A DNA stretch of 64,000 bases, from contig JAUFOR010000003.1 of the NCBI GenBank assembly GCA_040285745.1, forward strand, positions 186,001 through 250,000, in the 5' to 3' direction. Shown here in pieces: positions 1 through 9,345 of the stretch. Below the pieces are notes generated by a model, which saw nothing but the letters and a program-made list of their open reading frames with translations, searched no databases and was not told the origin of the DNA. Numbering within the stretch: position 1 is the stretch's first letter; each line of letters starts with the position of its first letter. A program made the position numbers and the translations under genes. The stretch is from Barthelona sp. PCE (lineage: Eukaryota).

Positions 1-15
1 AAAACATATGTTTAC

Positions 16-3000
16 TTAATCTGTTACAGTAATGAGATCGTCCACAACCATCAATATGACGTCTTCGAGGTATTCGTCCACAAATTTATCCAAAAACTTT
101 TCCAACTCAACAGTCACCTGTCGATCAACAACTCTCTCAACCATACCACCCAATTGCTGTATGTTAGCTGTAAAGTCAGACTCTGTGGCGGCCAGTATGC
201 TTGCATCGAAGCTCTCAGATGCAAATTCAAAGAAAAAACAAACCTTTCTAAACAAAACTATACACTGCTCTAAATTCGTGTAAGAAGACAACATAGAGTT
301 AAGATTAAACCGAAGCATATCATACACGGGGTACAAACTGTTAATTTTCTTTGATTTACGAGCAAAAACATTGAAAACAAACGTAGCTTGCTTCTCTAAC
401 TGGTTCCAATAATTCTTAAGCAATCCAAATTTGATATCAATAGTTGCGGAGGGAAGCCCAAACGTTGCATTTTCGTTAGATATGAAGCTGAATGGGATCT
501 GTAACACACGGAACAAGAGCGGGAAGAAGCACTCGGATTTCAAGAAGGTTTGGAAAAATATTGCGTTTCTGGAATCACTTGAAGTCTCTCTCTCTTCTTC
601 TCCACTGTGTCCGACCTCCATCGTCTCGCAGCTGATGTGGCAGCAGTCGACAAACCAGTCCAATATCTGCAAATCCGATGCAAACAGCACTGATCGAACG
701 AAAATACGGAAATCATCCAAATCGAGCATGACCTTTGACGGGTTGATCGTTTCGACGTCGTTCTTGAAGTACTCGCTGCTCAGAACCCAGTTGCGTTTCA
801 ACGTACGAAGACAGTCAGTCTTTGCTTTGCTGTAACACTTCATGAGAAAGTGCAGCATTGAGTCCATCTTGATCTTTGACACGTCGATACCCCCGAAGCT
901 GACCGTTGTCCCGGTGTATAAACGTCGAAGGCTGTTAATATAACTACTAACAATGTCCATTGGTTGCGAAATGAAAAGCTGCTGCACAACGGACTCTGCC
1001 TTCAGTGAACTGACATATGTCTTCTTTTTATCCATGAACGATCCGGAATCGGAGTCTATTATGAAGAATGCGTTAAGATAAAACAAAACAAAGTCGCAAG
1101 AAAAAGTACCGTCCAAGATCGAGAGGAAATCTCTGTTAAAGAAGACCTTTGACTTCGTCAGACCAAGGAAATATGCAGCAAGCGCGGTCTCGGAGGCGCG
1201 AATCGTCTCGTACGAGGTAAAAAAAATGGAATAAATAATTTTCGAAATTGAACGGATGCCAAGCATCATATTATCAGATCTAAATACGTCTGCACGTTCG
1301 AAAAGACCGTTAAACGGGATATAGAAAAACACAATCTGGCGCATAAGTTTGACTGTCAGATCCGTGACGACTTCGTCCTCAAAAGGAGTAATAGTCTTGA
1401 GATTAACATTTGTTGCAAATAATGATAGCAACTCTGCTTTTCTTTTACGCGATAGGCGAACGTCTTCGTTACGCTTATGCTCCTCCAAGGCAGTCTGACG
1501 CGCTTCTTCGACTCGCATCAACGTTTGGTGGAACTCTTCTCGAAGATCGTTATCAGTCAACCACTTTCTCTTCTCTTTCTCACGAAGTCGCTGATCCTCT
1601 CCTACAGCTCCCTCGTCGACTTCAACCTCTCCATCACTCAATTCCTCACTGGAGGTCTCCAACTCCTCCCATTCATAATTGTCGTCTGGGATAATGTCTA
1701 ACTCAGGTACATGTTCAAGTTCCGACAGTGACTGGTGCTCGTACATGCTCCTAGCCGAATTTTGTGTATGATGAGACCTGGCACTGAGTCGCGCATCCTC
1801 TTCTTGCAACTCCTTAACCGAGCGCATGCCGCGGACACTCGCCGGAATCTCCTCTTCTTCTTCTTCTTCGCGGAAGCTCAGAACAGATGTGTTTGATGCC
1901 GTTCTCTTGATATTACCCTTGCTCTTTCGGCTGACTAACTGAGGCTTACTCTTCGAAGTCTCTCTATCAATCTCCTTCATAGGGTCGTCCTCGTCGTCAA
2001 AGTGCGGCATTTCCATATTGAGGGATGCAAACGTCTTCATCTGGTATGGCACCTCGTCACCAACCGCAACCTCAACATATGTCTTAGTGTACGATCGACT
2101 CATTTGAATATCCTCTGTTTTCGGCGATATGGTCTGCCTCAGCTCCTTGTTTTCGGCCTTGAGGCGGTCTATCTGACCGGAAAGTCGTACAATCGTGTCG
2201 TTCTGGCTTGTAATATCAAACTCCAGATCTTTGACCTTTTTCTTATACTTCTTAATCATGTCCACCATGTCTGACGGCTTGGAGCTCTCGACGGTCTCCT
2301 GCACGCTATGCAGAGCCGCCTTAAGCTCATCATACAACGTGTCATCCTTGGTAACTGCCTTCGTGAGCTCCCCTTCGAGGTTGGTAAACTTATGTGCGTA
2401 GTGGCGCCTACTCTTCTCAAAAAACCGCACGCACACCGACATAAGCTCGGTGAGGCTGTTACTGATGACGTTAACGAGATCACCGCATCTGAACAAATTA
2501 TTATCCTCGCTTTCCTGCAGTGTTCTGCAAAGCTCAGCAGCAATCATTCTGTAAATGGCACCCTCTTCGTCGAACCTGCTCAAAAGATCCTTGTCCGTCT
2601 CCGGGTGGTACTCAACCCCGAGACACGTCTCGCTCGCAGGCCTTGTCTTGGCCGCTCTCATCTGTCCCATACAATTAACTAAATATTGAACATCTTCAAT
2701 TGAGGGTGATAACTTCGGCCACATAACCTCCTTCCACTGCTTGCGAACATCGTCGAAATATACATGATGCTCTTTGCTATCAACAAACTGTGGGATTGTG
2801 CGCTCGACATAATAAGCACGTGGAATGATGGTAAATTGCTTAGATTTGGTTCTGGGTTTAGCCTTTGCAGACAGCTGAAAGTAGGAAGGCGTCTGTGGGG
2901 GCAGCACTGGCTCTAGAGGGCTTTCTGTCAACGGTGGTGTTTCAGAACTATCCACTGAAAATGGTGTGTGTGGAACAGGTATATCGTTCAGTGGAGACAG

Positions 3001-3411
3001 TGCTGTGTCCACATCTGCGAGACCACTGATGTTTGTCGGCAGCCCATTCTCATCAAACGTGTCCTCAACACATTCTACACTCCTTCTGCTATCTGATGTT
3101 CTTGCTGACATCATAGCGAGTACATTGTCAAGGTCGTTGGCAAACATAGAATCAAACTCGTCCAATGGGAGAGCTAACGGCTTTGTATTGGGCACATTCT
3201 GAGAATAAAAACCCATCGATGTGTGTGCGCGACCAGGTCTCATTCTATCCATATTCGGGGTGTCTATCTTTGTGAAACGGTTGTATGCGCTTTCTTTTTG
3301 CTTTTGGGGTGAAAATTGTGGTTTTTGTCTCCTAATTGGTTTAGGTGAGTTAATTTTCACAACTTTCTTCTTTATATTCACAGGCCCCTCCTTCCCTGAC
3401 CAAAATGACAT
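16..3411 (-). CDS. Large coiled-coil protein with a putative axonemal dynein light chain (p28/AXDND1-like) domain
   Basis: 1131-aa ORF; segment PSIEDVQYL...EEGAIYRMIAAELCRTL...CGDLVNVI resembles the Ax_dynein_light pattern, followed by coiled coil, acidic linker and helical C-terminus. Confidence 0.4.
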   Translation of the reverse strand: MSFWSGKEGPVNIKKKVVKINSPKPIRRQKPQFSPQKQKESAYNRFTKIDTPNMDRMRPGRAHTSMGFYSQNVPNTKPLALPLDEFDSMFANDLDNVLAMMSARTSDSRRSVECVEDTFDENGLPTNISGLADVDTALSPLNDIPVPHTPFSVDSSETPPLTESPLEPVLPPQTPSYFQLSAKAKPRTKSKQFTIIPRAYYVERTIPQFVDSKEHHVYFDDVRKQWKEVMWPKLSPSIEDVQYLVNCMGQMRAAKTRPASETCLGVEYHPETDKDLLSRFDEEGAIYRMIAAELCRTLQESEDNNLFRCGDLVNVISNSLTELMSVCVRFFEKSRRHYAHKFTNLEGELTKAVTKDDTLYDELKAALHSVQETVESSKPSDMVDMIKKYKKKVKDLEFDITSQNDTIVRLSGQIDRLKAENKELRQTISPKTEDIQMSRSYTKTYVEVAVGDEVPYQMKTFASLNMEMPHFDDEDDPMKEIDRETSKSKPQLVSRKSKGNIKRTASNTSVLSFREEEEEEEIPASVRGMRSVKELQEEDARLSARSHHTQNSARSMYEHQSLSELEHVPELDIIPDDNYEWEELETSSEELSDGEVEVDEGAVGEDQRLREKEKRKWLTDNDLREEFHQTLMRVEEARQTALEEHKRNEDVRLSRKRKAELLSLFATNVNLKTITPFEDEVVTDLTVKLMRQIVFFYIPFNGLFERADVFRSDNMMLGIRSISKIIYSIFFTSYETIRASETALAAYFLGLTKSKVFFNRDFLSILDGTFSCDFVLFYLNAFFIIDSDSGSFMDKKKTYVSSLKAESVVQQLFISQPMDIVSSYINSLRRLYTGTTVSFGGIDVSKIKMDSMLHFLMKCYSKAKTDCLRTLKRNWVLSSEYFKNDVETINPSKVMLDLDDFRIFVRSVLFASDLQILDWFVDCCHISCETMEVGHSGEEERETSSDSRNAIFFQTFLKSECFFPLLFRVLQIPFSFISNENATFGLPSATIDIKFGLLKNYWNQLEKQATFVFNVFARKSKKINSLYPVYDMLRFNLNSMLSSYTNLEQCIVLFRKVCFFFEFASESFDASILAATESDFTANIQQLGGMVERVVDRQVTVELEKFLDKFVDEYLEDVILMVVDDLITVTD

Positions 3412-3486
3412 AAATATCTAGAAGGAAATGCAAGAAACGGGAACAAAAATAAAAAACACTTTTACAATACAAAATAGTTATATAGT

Positions 3487-5127
3487 CTACTTCATGTGGG
3501 GATATGTGATGTCCTGGCAGTCAAAGAAGTCCTCAGAAATCGATTGCATAGCAGCGAAACGCAATAAGAGATAGGGTGAACCAGCCTTATCATCAGTACC
3601 ACTCTTTCTAGCACCACCGAAAGGTTGCTGACCAACAACAGCCGCAGTAGACGCTCTGTTAATGTACATGTTACCAGCCGCATGCTTCAAGGCCTTGCAG
3701 CACTTGTTGACAACGTGACGATCGAGTCCAAAAATGGCACCGGTAAGCCCGTATTCACTTGTGGTGTTACATAGCTCAAGTGTCTCATCGATCTTGTCGT
3801 CTTCATAAGTGTACATTGTGACAACAGGACCAAAGATCTCCTCAGCCATAAGCTTACAGTGAGGATCAGTGGTTTTGATGAACGTTGGGGCGACAAAGTA
3901 ACCAGTGGACTTATCATATGTGCCACCAGCCATGATCTCACATGAGTCACTCTCCTTTGCGAAGTCAATGTAAGATGCTATTTTATCAAAAGAGTTCTCG
4001 TCGATAACAGATGAAGTAAAGACGCTAAAGTCTTCAACGGGACCGTGTGTGACGTGCTCCTCCATGATCTTGACCATCAACTCGGTGAACTCATCGGCGC
4101 GGGAAGCAGGACAGTAAACACGAGAAGTTGCGGAGCATTTTTGGCCTGAATATTCGAATGCACCTCTAATCGTATGATTAACGGTTGTCTCCATAGAGAA
4201 GTCGGGCGCCAGGAAGTGGAAATTCTTTCCGCCAGTCTCTCCCACCAATCGGGGGTATGTCTTGTAAACAGGCAAGTTCTTAGCGACCTCCTGCCACAGA
4301 TGTACAAAGACAGGGGTAGAGCCGGTGAAGTGGATAGCACTGAGGTTGGGGTTGGGCAAGACGATGGCGGAGATATCACGGGAGATACCAGGGATAAACT
4401 GGATGACACCGGCGGGTAAACCTGCCTCCATCAAGATCTCATATATGAGATAAGCAGGGTAGACAGCAGCAGACGAGGGCTTCCAAAGAGCAACGTTACC
4501 AATCATGGCGGGAGCTGTTGGAAGATTTCCAGCAATAGCAACAAAGTTCCAAGGGGAGATGGCGTAAGTAAAGCCCTCAAGAGGGCGAAGAGTCATACGG
4601 TTCCACCCGTTGGGCTTCTTAATTGGTGGCTGGACATCCTTCATCAACTCCAGAAGATACTGGGCGTTCATCCTCCAAAAATCAGCAAGCTCAGCAACTA
4701 CATCGATGACAGCTTGGTGGGGGGTCTTTCCGATGGATAGCATGACAGCAGCAAGCATCTTATAACGATATTTGGTGGCAAGAAGATCTGCAGCACGGGC
4801 AAAAATTGCAGCGCGATGATTGGCAGGCAAATCCTCCCATTCAGCCTTGGCGGCGAGAGCACCATCAATGGCTTCGTGGACAAGTTCATCAGTAACACAA
4901 TGGAAGTGACCAAGGACATGTTGATGGTCATGGGGGCATGTCTGCTTCTTCTTATTGCCTGTAAAGTGCTTCACACCGTTGATAACGCATGGGATCTCAA
5001 GTTCTTCGCCTCTCAGACGAGTAATTTCGCGGGTGAGAAGCTCACGTTCTTCAGATCCAGGTTTGAAGGAGTTAATTGGCTCATTATCGAGCTGGTGGAA
5101 GGTGAAGGTACCAAAGTTATCGGCCAT
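3487..5127 (-). CDS. ALDH4A1: Delta-1-pyrroline-5-carboxylate dehydrogenase (ALDH4 / PruA type)
   Basis: ALDH motifs ISPWNF, FTGS, GETGGKNFH, catalytic FEYSGQKCSA, EEIFGPV, YGLTGAIF, QQPFGG.R.SGTDDKAG. Confidence 0.95.
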   Translation of the reverse strand: MADNFGTFTFHQLDNEPINSFKPGSEERELLTREITRLRGEELEIPCVINGVKHFTGNKKKQTCPHDHQHVLGHFHCVTDELVHEAIDGALAAKAEWEDLPANHRAAIFARAADLLATKYRYKMLAAVMLSIGKTPHQAVIDVVAELADFWRMNAQYLLELMKDVQPPIKKPNGWNRMTLRPLEGFTYAISPWNFVAIAGNLPTAPAMIGNVALWKPSSAAVYPAYLIYEILMEAGLPAGVIQFIPGISRDISAIVLPNPNLSAIHFTGSTPVFVHLWQEVAKNLPVYKTYPRLVGETGGKNFHFLAPDFSMETTVNHTIRGAFEYSGQKCSATSRVYCPASRADEFTELMVKIMEEHVTHGPVEDFSVFTSSVIDENSFDKIASYIDFAKESDSCEIMAGGTYDKSTGYFVAPTFIKTTDPHCKLMAEEIFGPVVTMYTYEDDKIDETLELCNTTSEYGLTGAIFGLDRHVVNKCCKALKHAAGNMYINRASTAAVVGQQPFGGARKSGTDDKAGSPYLLLRFAAMQSISEDFFDCQDITYPHMK

Positions 5128-5313
5128 TGTTATAGGGTGCTTGGAGTAAGAGAAACAAAAAATATACAGAATGATAGGGCTAAATGGGTTTCAATTGGCA
5201 CCGTACCTGTGCTAGTTGTCCAATAACACTGCTGATTCCAACTTTAAATTCAAGAAAACAGTGACAATTAGCACATTTCAATTCATAACAAATTCTAACT
5301 CATTTTTTACACA

Positions 5314-6027
5314 TTATCCATCTAGTTTGTTCTCAAAATTGAGCGGCACTGACTTCAACCTATTCAACATATCCACAGAACGCATCAATTGAGATTTCGT
5401 TACTCGATGTGCATTCTTTTCCTCTTCCAGGTTCATACTCAATTGATTTAACTGACTCACTAGATTGTCATTCTCCAACTTCAGCTTATATACGTCGAGG
5501 TTGCCCACATCCTGTTTATATCTGTTGTACTCTGTCCTAATACGCAAAGTCTCAGTCTTACCCTCCTCTAATTCTTCTTTTAGGTATTGCATCTGTGAAT
5601 CCTGAGTGGAAAGTTTCGTCTTCATCGAGTTGATTGTGTTTTGGTGTGTCTTCTCCATGTTTTGAAGTTCTTCATCGTGCAGGCTTTCAAGTTTCTTCTT
5701 CTCAATTATAAACATCCGCTTCTGTTCTTTTGTAGAGTCCTTCATGGACCGTGCACTTGCTTCAAGCATGGTCTTCTGCTCCTTTAGTTCTGAAAATTGT
5801 GTATCGAGGCTCTTCTTGAAGCTTTGAAGATGGTGCATCCTATTCTCAAGCTGTTCAATATAACTCTTCGATTTCCTTTCGAAATCAGTCTCGAGCTGCT
5901 GTATACGTGACTGCTCAATCTCCCGCAGATGATTAAGAAACTCCAGCTTGCGGTTTTCCATCCACAGTTGGAGATCTGACGTTACCTTCGATACCAGCAG
6001 TTTCTTTGTGTCTGTTGGCGATGACAT
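5314..6027 (-). CDS. CEP120-like C-terminal coiled-coil protein (no C2 domains)
   Basis: LQLWMENRKLEFLNHLREIE...EYNRYKQ...KLKLENDNL...KSQLMRSVDMLNRLK parallels the CEP120 coiled coil; first ATG at 6027. Confidence 0.55.
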   Translation of the reverse strand: MSSPTDTKKLLVSKVTSDLQLWMENRKLEFLNHLREIEQSRIQQLETDFERKSKSYIEQLENRMHHLQSFKKSLDTQFSELKEQKTMLEASARSMKDSTKEQKRMFIIEKKKLESLHDEELQNMEKTHQNTINSMKTKLSTQDSQMQYLKEELEEGKTETLRIRTEYNRYKQDVGNLDVYKLKLENDNLVSQLNQLSMNLEEEKNAHRVTKSQLMRSVDMLNRLKSVPLNFENKLDG

Positions 6028-6268
6028 AGCAAGTTGCAAAAACAAAAACCAAGAAAGGAACGAAAATGAAATTACAAGAAATCACTCTGTTGTAACTGAT
6101 ACTCACACCAGCAGGTGGCCATTATCTACAATATCCATCCTAAACAACTATTCAAAAAGTGAAAACATTGGGTTTGCTTTTTGCGAACCCTGAATTACAT
6201 GAAATCTTTTGTATTACGCTTTTCGTCACGTACGGCAAATTTACTTTATAGGGTATCCTTCTGTATAT

Positions 6269-7021
6269 ATGGAACCAGTTGAATCTTCACCAAATTGGAG
6301 GGAAACACAATACTGCCCTTTTTGCCTCGATAATGATAATCCAACACCATACTGTCGATTACAGTGTGGGCATCAGGTACATGAGAGCTGCATGCTCATA
6401 TGGATGCACCACGGTCACGACCGCTGTCCATTGTGCTGCAAATCATCTGAGTGGAAGATGACCAGAGAAATCATGATTGATATAAATGAGTTCAAGTGGA
6501 GGATCTATAACGTGTCTTACCCTTCCTCTCCAACGCAAAACAGTTTTCGCAATTACGGATGGCATACGGTCAGATTAAAAATAACACCACCACCCTATGT
6601 TGATCACATAACACGCATCAAATATGTCCTCCATCCAGCCTTCAGCCTCTCTAAGGTGGACCTCCATGAGCCACCACACGAGCTTGTGATCAAACTTTGC
6701 TCGAACAATGTTCCAGTTGTTGTACAAGTCTACTTTGTTCATAAAGTTACTGGAAAGGTGGATACGTTCACAATGCAGCACTGTATTGTTAAGGAGACGT
6801 CGAATTGGAACTACTTCTGCGGCAACGGTGACGTGTCACTCATTTATAATGGGCTTCAAAGTGAAGAAAATCAGGTGCTGAGCCCCAACAGTCACTTTAA
6901 GGATCTTCTGACGTTGTACAAGAGACCAGATGACTACTATGCGAGCCCTTTGATTGCCGTTGCTCACGAGGAACGTGAAAATTCGCGTGAAAATCAACAA
7001 AAAGTGCCGCTTGATGAATAA
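6269..7021 (+). CDS. RING-H2 finger + YEATS-like domain protein
   Basis: CPFC-x13-CGHQVHESC...W...CPLC (C3H2C3 RING-H2), then WHTVRLKI...ITRIKYVLHPAF...EPPHEL...VVVQVYF...TMQHCI; first ATG at 6269. Confidence 0.7.
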   Translation: MEPVESSPNWRETQYCPFCLDNDNPTPYCRLQCGHQVHESCMLIWMHHGHDRCPLCCKSSEWKMTREIMIDINEFKWRIYNVSYPSSPTQNSFRNYGWHTVRLKITPPPYVDHITRIKYVLHPAFSLSKVDLHEPPHELVIKLCSNNVPVVVQVYFVHKVTGKVDTFTMQHCIVKETSNWNYFCGNGDVSLIYNGLQSEENQVLSPNSHFKDLLTLYKRPDDYYASPLIAVAHEERENSRENQQKVPLDE

Positions 7022-7042
7022 AACTCAATGGTATTTATTTGC

Positions 7043-8404
7043 TTACGAATACAAATGCTCTGACTCCTTCTCGCTCTTGCGCATCAACACACGATCTCTG
7101 CTCTTTGTGAAATCATCCATTGTGCACTGCATTGCCCTCCGCCTCAGTGCGAGCATACCTGCCTCAGAGCAAATCGCTTGAATATCAGCTCCACTCAGCT
7201 CCTCCTTCATGTTACAGAAAACATTGAGGTTGACATCCTTTGCCAAAGTCATGTTTCTCGTGTGGATCTTAAAGATTTCCTTACGAGCTTCTGGTCCTGG
7301 GAGCGGGAAATACACCTTTCGGTCAATACGTCCAGGTCTAATGAGTGCTGGATCCAGTGCCTCAATTCTGTTTGTGGCGATGATGACCTTAACATCACCT
7401 CTTGTGTCGAATCCATCCAACTGATTCAGGATCTCAAGCATCGTCCTCTGAATCTCTCGCTCACCAGATGATCGAGCCTCGATACGTTTCTCACCAATGG
7501 CATCGATTTCATCAAGCAGAATAATACTAGGTGCACATTGGCGCGCTGCTTCGAATAGCGCGCGTACCTGCTTTGACGAATCACCCAAGAACTTTGAGAT
7601 CAATGATGAAGCGCTAAGCCTAAAGAAGGCTGCGTCTGTAGCGTTCGCAATTGCCTTTGCCATCATTGTCTTTCCTGTACCTGGCGGTCCGTACATAAGA
7701 CATCCCTTAGGGGCCTCAATGCCCACCTCCTCGAAGAGCTCTGGCTTCTTGAGAGGCAACTCCACAGCCTCTCTGATCTCGTTGATCTGGTCCTCGAGAC
7801 CACCCAACTGCTCGTACGTAACGTCGGGGATGACACCGATCTTCATGTCATTAATGGACGCGTCCTCATCATCTGTGTAGACACCAACAACCGCCATTGC
7901 TCGACGGTGGATGAGCACCTTCTCACCCACCTGAAGCGCATCACGAGATACAATAGATAGTACGGGGACGTAGTACTCTGCCATGCCGCGGTTTGTGGAG
8001 ATGATAACCCACTCTGGAGATATGATTTCCTCAAGAGTAGCAACTTGCAATGGCGGAGGTCTAAGTTTGTCAACTGCAGCAAGAGACTCAGAAGAGTATG
8101 ATCCGTATGTGCTAGCTGCTCCTTCTATGAATTCATTCTCGAGTTTAAGGAAATCAAGGACCTTGTTCATCTTCAACTTTCGCAAATAACAAGAAGCACG
8201 AGGTGCAATATCAGGTAACTTCTTCGTTGAGCCTCCCGTCTTCTTAATCATGCGCTTCTTCGGTTTTGGCTTCTCTTCGTCGTCCAGGGGCTCATCGGGC
8301 TCCTGTGGATTTTCTTCATCAGGAATTGGCTCTGTTTCGGGTTCTGGTTCATCTTGAATGGGTTGAATCTCGACCATGTCGTTGTTATTAGGATCCTCAG
8401 ACAT
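7043..8404 (-). CDS. RPT2: 26S proteasome AAA-ATPase subunit Rpt2 (PSMC1)
   Basis: GPPGTGKT, LLDEID, SSGEREIQRTMLEILNQLDGFD.RGDVKVI, LIRPGRIDRK, C-terminal HbYX (LYS); ATG at 8404. Confidence 0.92.
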   Translation of the reverse strand: MSEDPNNNDMVEIQPIQDEPEPETEPIPDEENPQEPDEPLDDEEKPKPKKRMIKKTGGSTKKLPDIAPRASCYLRKLKMNKVLDFLKLENEFIEGAASTYGSYSSESLAAVDKLRPPPLQVATLEEIISPEWVIISTNRGMAEYYVPVLSIVSRDALQVGEKVLIHRRAMAVVGVYTDDEDASINDMKIGVIPDVTYEQLGGLEDQINEIREAVELPLKKPELFEEVGIEAPKGCLMYGPPGTGKTMMAKAIANATDAAFFRLSASSLISKFLGDSSKQVRALFEAARQCAPSIILLDEIDAIGEKRIEARSSGEREIQRTMLEILNQLDGFDTRGDVKVIIATNRIEALDPALIRPGRIDRKVYFPLPGPEARKEIFKIHTRNMTLAKDVNLNVFCNMKEELSGADIQAICSEAGMLALRRRAMQCTMDDFTKSRDRVLMRKSEKESEHLYS

Positions 8405-8784
8405 ATTTTTAATGTCCTCTGTATAGAAATGGATGAGAAAATTATTTACAGCTTTTAAGATATTTCCGTATGAACATCGTGGTCCGAAATCTGGATAAAT
8501 CTTACACAGTAAACATAATGCCCTCTGGAAGTGCATAAACCTTATAAAAATCTTTTGAGCCTTTTTCACACACTTTTTTGTGGGCGGAAGCAGGGAACCT
8601 GTTCACCAGTGCCTTCAGATAGTAGCGTACACCACGTACAATAACACAAATGTCACAAAATTGCACCTCATAAAGCCAATATTGTATGTGAAGCACATAA
8701 CAATCTCAGAACTTGGTGAGGCACGTTATCCAATGCTTCAATGAGCACGATTAAGAAAACATATTACTAAAACACTCAAATTTA

Positions 8785-9249
8785 TTAACCAAAAAACCGT
8801 CTACGAGACTTTTTGGGTCTCAGCATATTCCTGATATCGTCGTTTATCTTCGAAGGGTTGCTCTTCGGCTTCATGTTCTCTGGATTCATCCCAGGTGGTA
8901 CAAACAAATCCGAATTGCCAACATCAGGATCATCAGGTGATAAAATATCAGGTATTGGATTGACAAGCTGACCACTTGTTGGATCGGGTACGTATGGGTC
9001 GAAATGTGCTTGTGGAACATTACATTCTGGTAATCTGTTTGGACGATTAGAATAACCACGTTTAAACGGCCTATATTGAAATGTAGGGTGATCTGGTCCC
9101 ATAAGCATGCCTCCTGACTGTGGCGTCGCGCTCTGTGAACTTTCAGGCCCAATATCAGCAATACCTACTGTAATTGAAGGAGATGCTTCTTTTTTCCCAC
9201 TCTTGAACGGGTTTGCAACCTTCCTCGAACCTTGCCCCTTTGAATACAT
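8785..9249 (-). CDS. PI31/PSMF1-like proteasome regulator, proline-rich C-terminal part only
   Basis: VGIADIGP, GGMLMGPDHPTF and VPQAHFDPYVP match the PI31 proteasome-binding motifs (GGM..GP.HP.F; P.ARFDP..P). Confidence 0.65.
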   Translation of the reverse strand: MYSKGQGSRKVANPFKSGKKEASPSITVGIADIGPESSQSATPQSGGMLMGPDHPTFQYRPFKRGYSNRPNRLPECNVPQAHFDPYVPDPTSGQLVNPIPDILSPDDPDVGNSDLFVPPGMNPENMKPKSNPSKINDDIRNMLRPKKSRRRFFG

Positions 9250-9345
9250 GACCTACAACAAATACAAACAACAACACACGTGATATTGAGGAAAAAAGCG
9301 TTTACGGTTCTACAACCTTACTCACATATCTCATAACTTCAAGCA

